Positions 33,187 through 35,502 of a DNA stretch of 35,502 bases are shown in pieces. Every line of letters starts with the position of its first letter. Positions within the stretch are counted from its first letter, which is position 1. Location: the IMG/VR virus record IMGVR_UViG_3300018475_000067; one strand, written 5' to 3'. Source of the stretch: a virus. Position numbers and translations under genes: made by a program. Under the pieces are notes generated by a model, which did not search any database, was not told where the DNA came from, and saw nothing but the letters and a program-made list of their open reading frames with translations.

Positions 33187-34653
33187 ATGGATAAATTATA
33201 TGAGCGAATAGATTTTCAAAATGATATGCCACCGGCTTTAAATGCGGATAATCTGAATGCGATAAGTAAGGCATTGGAAGAATTGGATTTAAGGGTAATA
33301 AGTATAGCACCGGAAACTTTGCTTTTGCGTTTAAAGGACATTAGTGAGTTGTTAAGAGATACACAGACTTTATTTGTGGATGCAGAAGGTAATGCCATAT
33401 TAGCAAAGAGTTATGCAGCTGGTGGTACCGGAAGCAGAGATGGAGAAGATACGGACAATGCAAAATACTATAAAGAGCAGGCACGAGACTCAGCAAATAA
33501 AGCGGAAATTTATGGTGCAGAAGCAGAAACGTATGCAAATGCAGTACGTGACAGATATACAGAATATTATGACCACTTAGACCGGGCAAATAATCCTCAT
33601 AACGTCACCAAAGAGCAGATAGGGTTAGATAATGTACCAAATGTGGCACCAATTGCAAACCTCCTTACCACAATAGTCGGAAGTCCTTTAGATGCCACTA
33701 TGGGTAAAGAACTGAATGACAAAATCACAGCTTTGCAAGAAAACGGTGCAGGTAATGATTATTATGTCGGAACCTGCACTACATCTGCATCCACAGCAGA
33801 CAAAGTTGTGACGATTTCTGATTTTAATTTGAAAGTAGGAGCCGTTGTACATGTGAAGTTTTCTTATACCAATACTTCCAGTTCAGCTACCTTAAATGTA
33901 TCTTCCACGGGTGCAAAAGCAATGTATTACATGGATGGAACAAGAATGTATTATATTCCTTCCGGAGTGTATCATTCTTTTATCTATGATGGTACATATT
34001 GGAGATATATGGGGACGCAGAATGCGATTATTGCCTCAAATTATGAGCGGTATGGTATTAAGATGGAGTATAGAGCATTGATACCGCTTTTATCGGGGTA
34101 TTCGATAGATATAGGTACAATTTCCAAACCGTTTAATAATATTTATAGTTCCAATATTTATGTAAAAAGGGCTGGAACTACAACTCAAACGCTTGCGGTG
34201 TTACCGCCATTACCATTAGTAAGAGGAAACTTTTGTCTATATGATTATCACCAGATTTTATTCACCGAGTACAGTGATTATGTAAAGAGTGTTATAAACG
34301 GAGTTTTTCATGCAGCAGGTTGTAATATAGGATGCAATGTAGTTTCCGGAGGTTCGGGAAATTATGAGGCGTTATTTTTATTCAGAATTATGGGATATGT
34401 GGTAAATCCGAGCGACTATTATCTTGCAAAACCTTTTGTAGCAGATGTTTTGTTGTCTACTTCCCAAACGAACGACTGCTCTGGTGAATATACAAACTGT
34501 GCAACAATAGAAACTCCATATAGTCAGAGTATTACATTGACCTTAACTGGGGTCAGCGTTAACAGTTGTGGGGTTGCATCCGGAGCTGCATATCTTAAGT
34601 TGACGGCTACATCCAGAAATATTCATATATCAGAAATTGATTTGATGCCATAG
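33187..34653 (+). CDS. Tail fibre / receptor-binding protein
   Basis: 488 aa. N-terminal YERIDFQNDMPPALNADNLNAISKALEELD is typical of fibre N-termini. The C-terminal region is divergent. Confidence 0.6.
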   Translation: MDKLYERIDFQNDMPPALNADNLNAISKALEELDLRVISIAPETLLLRLKDISELLRDTQTLFVDAEGNAILAKSYAAGGTGSRDGEDTDNAKYYKEQARDSANKAEIYGAEAETYANAVRDRYTEYYDHLDRANNPHNVTKEQIGLDNVPNVAPIANLLTTIVGSPLDATMGKELNDKITALQENGAGNDYYVGTCTTSASTADKVVTISDFNLKVGAVVHVKFSYTNTSSSATLNVSSTGAKAMYYMDGTRMYYIPSGVYHSFIYDGTYWRYMGTQNAIIASNYERYGIKMEYRALIPLLSGYSIDIGTISKPFNNIYSSNIYVKRAGTTTQTLAVLPPLPLVRGNFCLYDYHQILFTEYSDYVKSVINGVFHAAGCNIGCNVVSGGSGNYEALFLFRIMGYVVNPSDYYLAKPFVADVLLSTSQTNDCSGEYTNCATIETPYSQSITLTLTGVSVNSCGVASGAAYLKLTATSRNIHISEIDLMP

Positions 34654-34665
34654 GAGGAAGAAAAA

Positions 34666-35502
34666 ATGGTACAGTTGATTATTGACGAAGTAACAGGGAA
34701 AGTTTTGGGATTTAATACAATTATTCCAACCATCACAAAAGACATTATTATCATAGACGACGAGGAGTTTGAGAAACTACGAAATGAGAAGGATTTCAAG
34801 AAACTGTATTATGAAGATGGAATAATGGTAGAAAAAGAAGAAAAGGACAGTGAAAACGAGGAAATAGACGAACTGGAAAAACAGGAGTTTAGTTATCGTG
34901 AAAAAGTAGCAAAAGAACAGAAGATTTTCATGGATTGTGTGTTGGAAGGAAAGTCTACGGAAGAGGCAGCAGCCACCGTAAGAATGAATCGGCAGCAGTT
35001 GGAGGAGATTTTACAAAGAAAAAAAGATTACTGGTCCGGGTATGAAGAAAAAAGACAAAAGAAAGTAGTAGAAAAATTTGAAAAGGAAGAAAAGGAACTG
35101 TCTAATAAATATTTTCTTTCCGTTGTAACAGCTGTTCGTGATGAAAATGATTATATAGAAGAATGGCTGGATTATCACATTGAAACAATGGGTGTGGAAC
35201 ATTTCTACATTTATGATAATGAGTCCGTTGTCTCAGTTAGAGAATATTTGGAGAGGATCAAATATCGATATTTGGACAAGCTGACAATTATCCCGTGGAA
35301 AACTAGCACACATACCCAGCAGGATACTTGTAACGACTGGCTGCAGAACTATGGACCGGAAACGAAATGGTTTATATGTATGGATGTGGATGAGTTCATT
35401 CATATCAAAGAACAGAATAAAACTTTGAAAGAGTTTTTGGAAGAAAATGCTGCATATTCCAGTGTGAAATGTTTGTGGAAACACTTTACAGCAAACGGAC
35501 AG
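34666..35502 (+). CDS. Glycosyltransferase (GT92/GT2-like), N-terminal part. Runs off the window and continues at 1-486 (399 aa total).
   Basis: No stop before the window end. YFLSVVTAVRDENDYIEEWLDYHIETMGVEHFYIYDNES is a GT92/GT2-type nucleotide-sugar-binding motif. DVDEF acts as the DxD motif. Confidence 0.7.
   Translation, partial: MVQLIIDEVTGKVLGFNTIIPTITKDIIIIDDEEFEKLRNEKDFKKLYYEDGIMVEKEEKDSENEEIDELEKQEFSYREKVAKEQKIFMDCVLEGKSTEEAAATVRMNRQQLEEILQRKKDYWSGYEEKRQKKVVEKFEKEEKELSNKYFLSVVTAVRDENDYIEEWLDYHIETMGVEHFYIYDNESVVSVREYLERIKYRYLDKLTIIPWKTSTHTQQDTCNDWLQNYGPETKWFICMDVDEFIHIKEQNKTLKEFLEENAAYSSVKCLWKHFTANGQ
35380..35502 (+). repeat. Terminal overlap identical to 1-123
   Basis: Direct comparison of the two ends. 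Confidence 0.95.

Larger units (their letters stand above)
1..35502. mobile_element. Complete temperate phage genome (circular assembly with 123-nt terminal overlap)
   Basis: Full set of lysogeny, replication, packaging, head, tail and lysis modules. Bases 1-123 are identical to 35380-35502. Confidence 0.9.

Overview
The window is a complete temperate siphovirus-type phage genome from a Bacillota (Firmicutes)-like host. It was assembled as a circle: bases 1-123 repeat at 35380-35502, so the unique length is about 35,379 bp, and one gene (34666->end) continues into 1-486. The modules run as follows. (1) PBSX-like late-operon end and lysis cassette (1-2401): XkdX-like, XhlA-like, holin, GH24 endolysin. 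(2) attP plus tyrosine integrase (2428-3859). (3) A minus-strand lysogeny and accessory operon (4026-6216): Abi_2 abortive-infection protein, an unknown 137-aa protein, an ImmA-like protein and a CI-like repressor. (4) An immunity switch and Cro-like gene (6217-6638). (5) Small early genes plus replication and nucleic-acid genes (6691-14962): RNase H-like, HNHc-like, DUF4373 replisome organiser, HD hydrolase. (6) A diversity-generating retroelement (DGR, 15013-17829). (7) A RinA/ArpU-like late regulator, a small-peptide cassette and an HNH endonuclease (18486-19994). (8) Packaging, head and tail genes (20087-34653). (9) A tail-fibre-adjacent glycosyltransferase. The standout system is the DGR, with gene order target1-target2-avd-TR-RT. 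One 63-nt template repeat (TR) matches two variable regions (VRs) at the 3' ends of two tandem paralogous ~200-aa genes. All 19 TR/VR differences fall on template adenines. Both targets sit in the early/middle region rather than the tail module and show no export signal. Secondary leads are a MuF-type head protein with a C-terminal HExxH extension plus a small downstream ORF; an Abi gene sitting behind a promoter-terminator leader, with a convergent candidate sRNA; a triplicated cro 3' segment; a (TTGGA)3 repeat that breaks the frame at a gene start; and a type I toxin-antitoxin (TA)-like small-peptide cassette. All family assignments come from reading motifs by eye. No database search was run.
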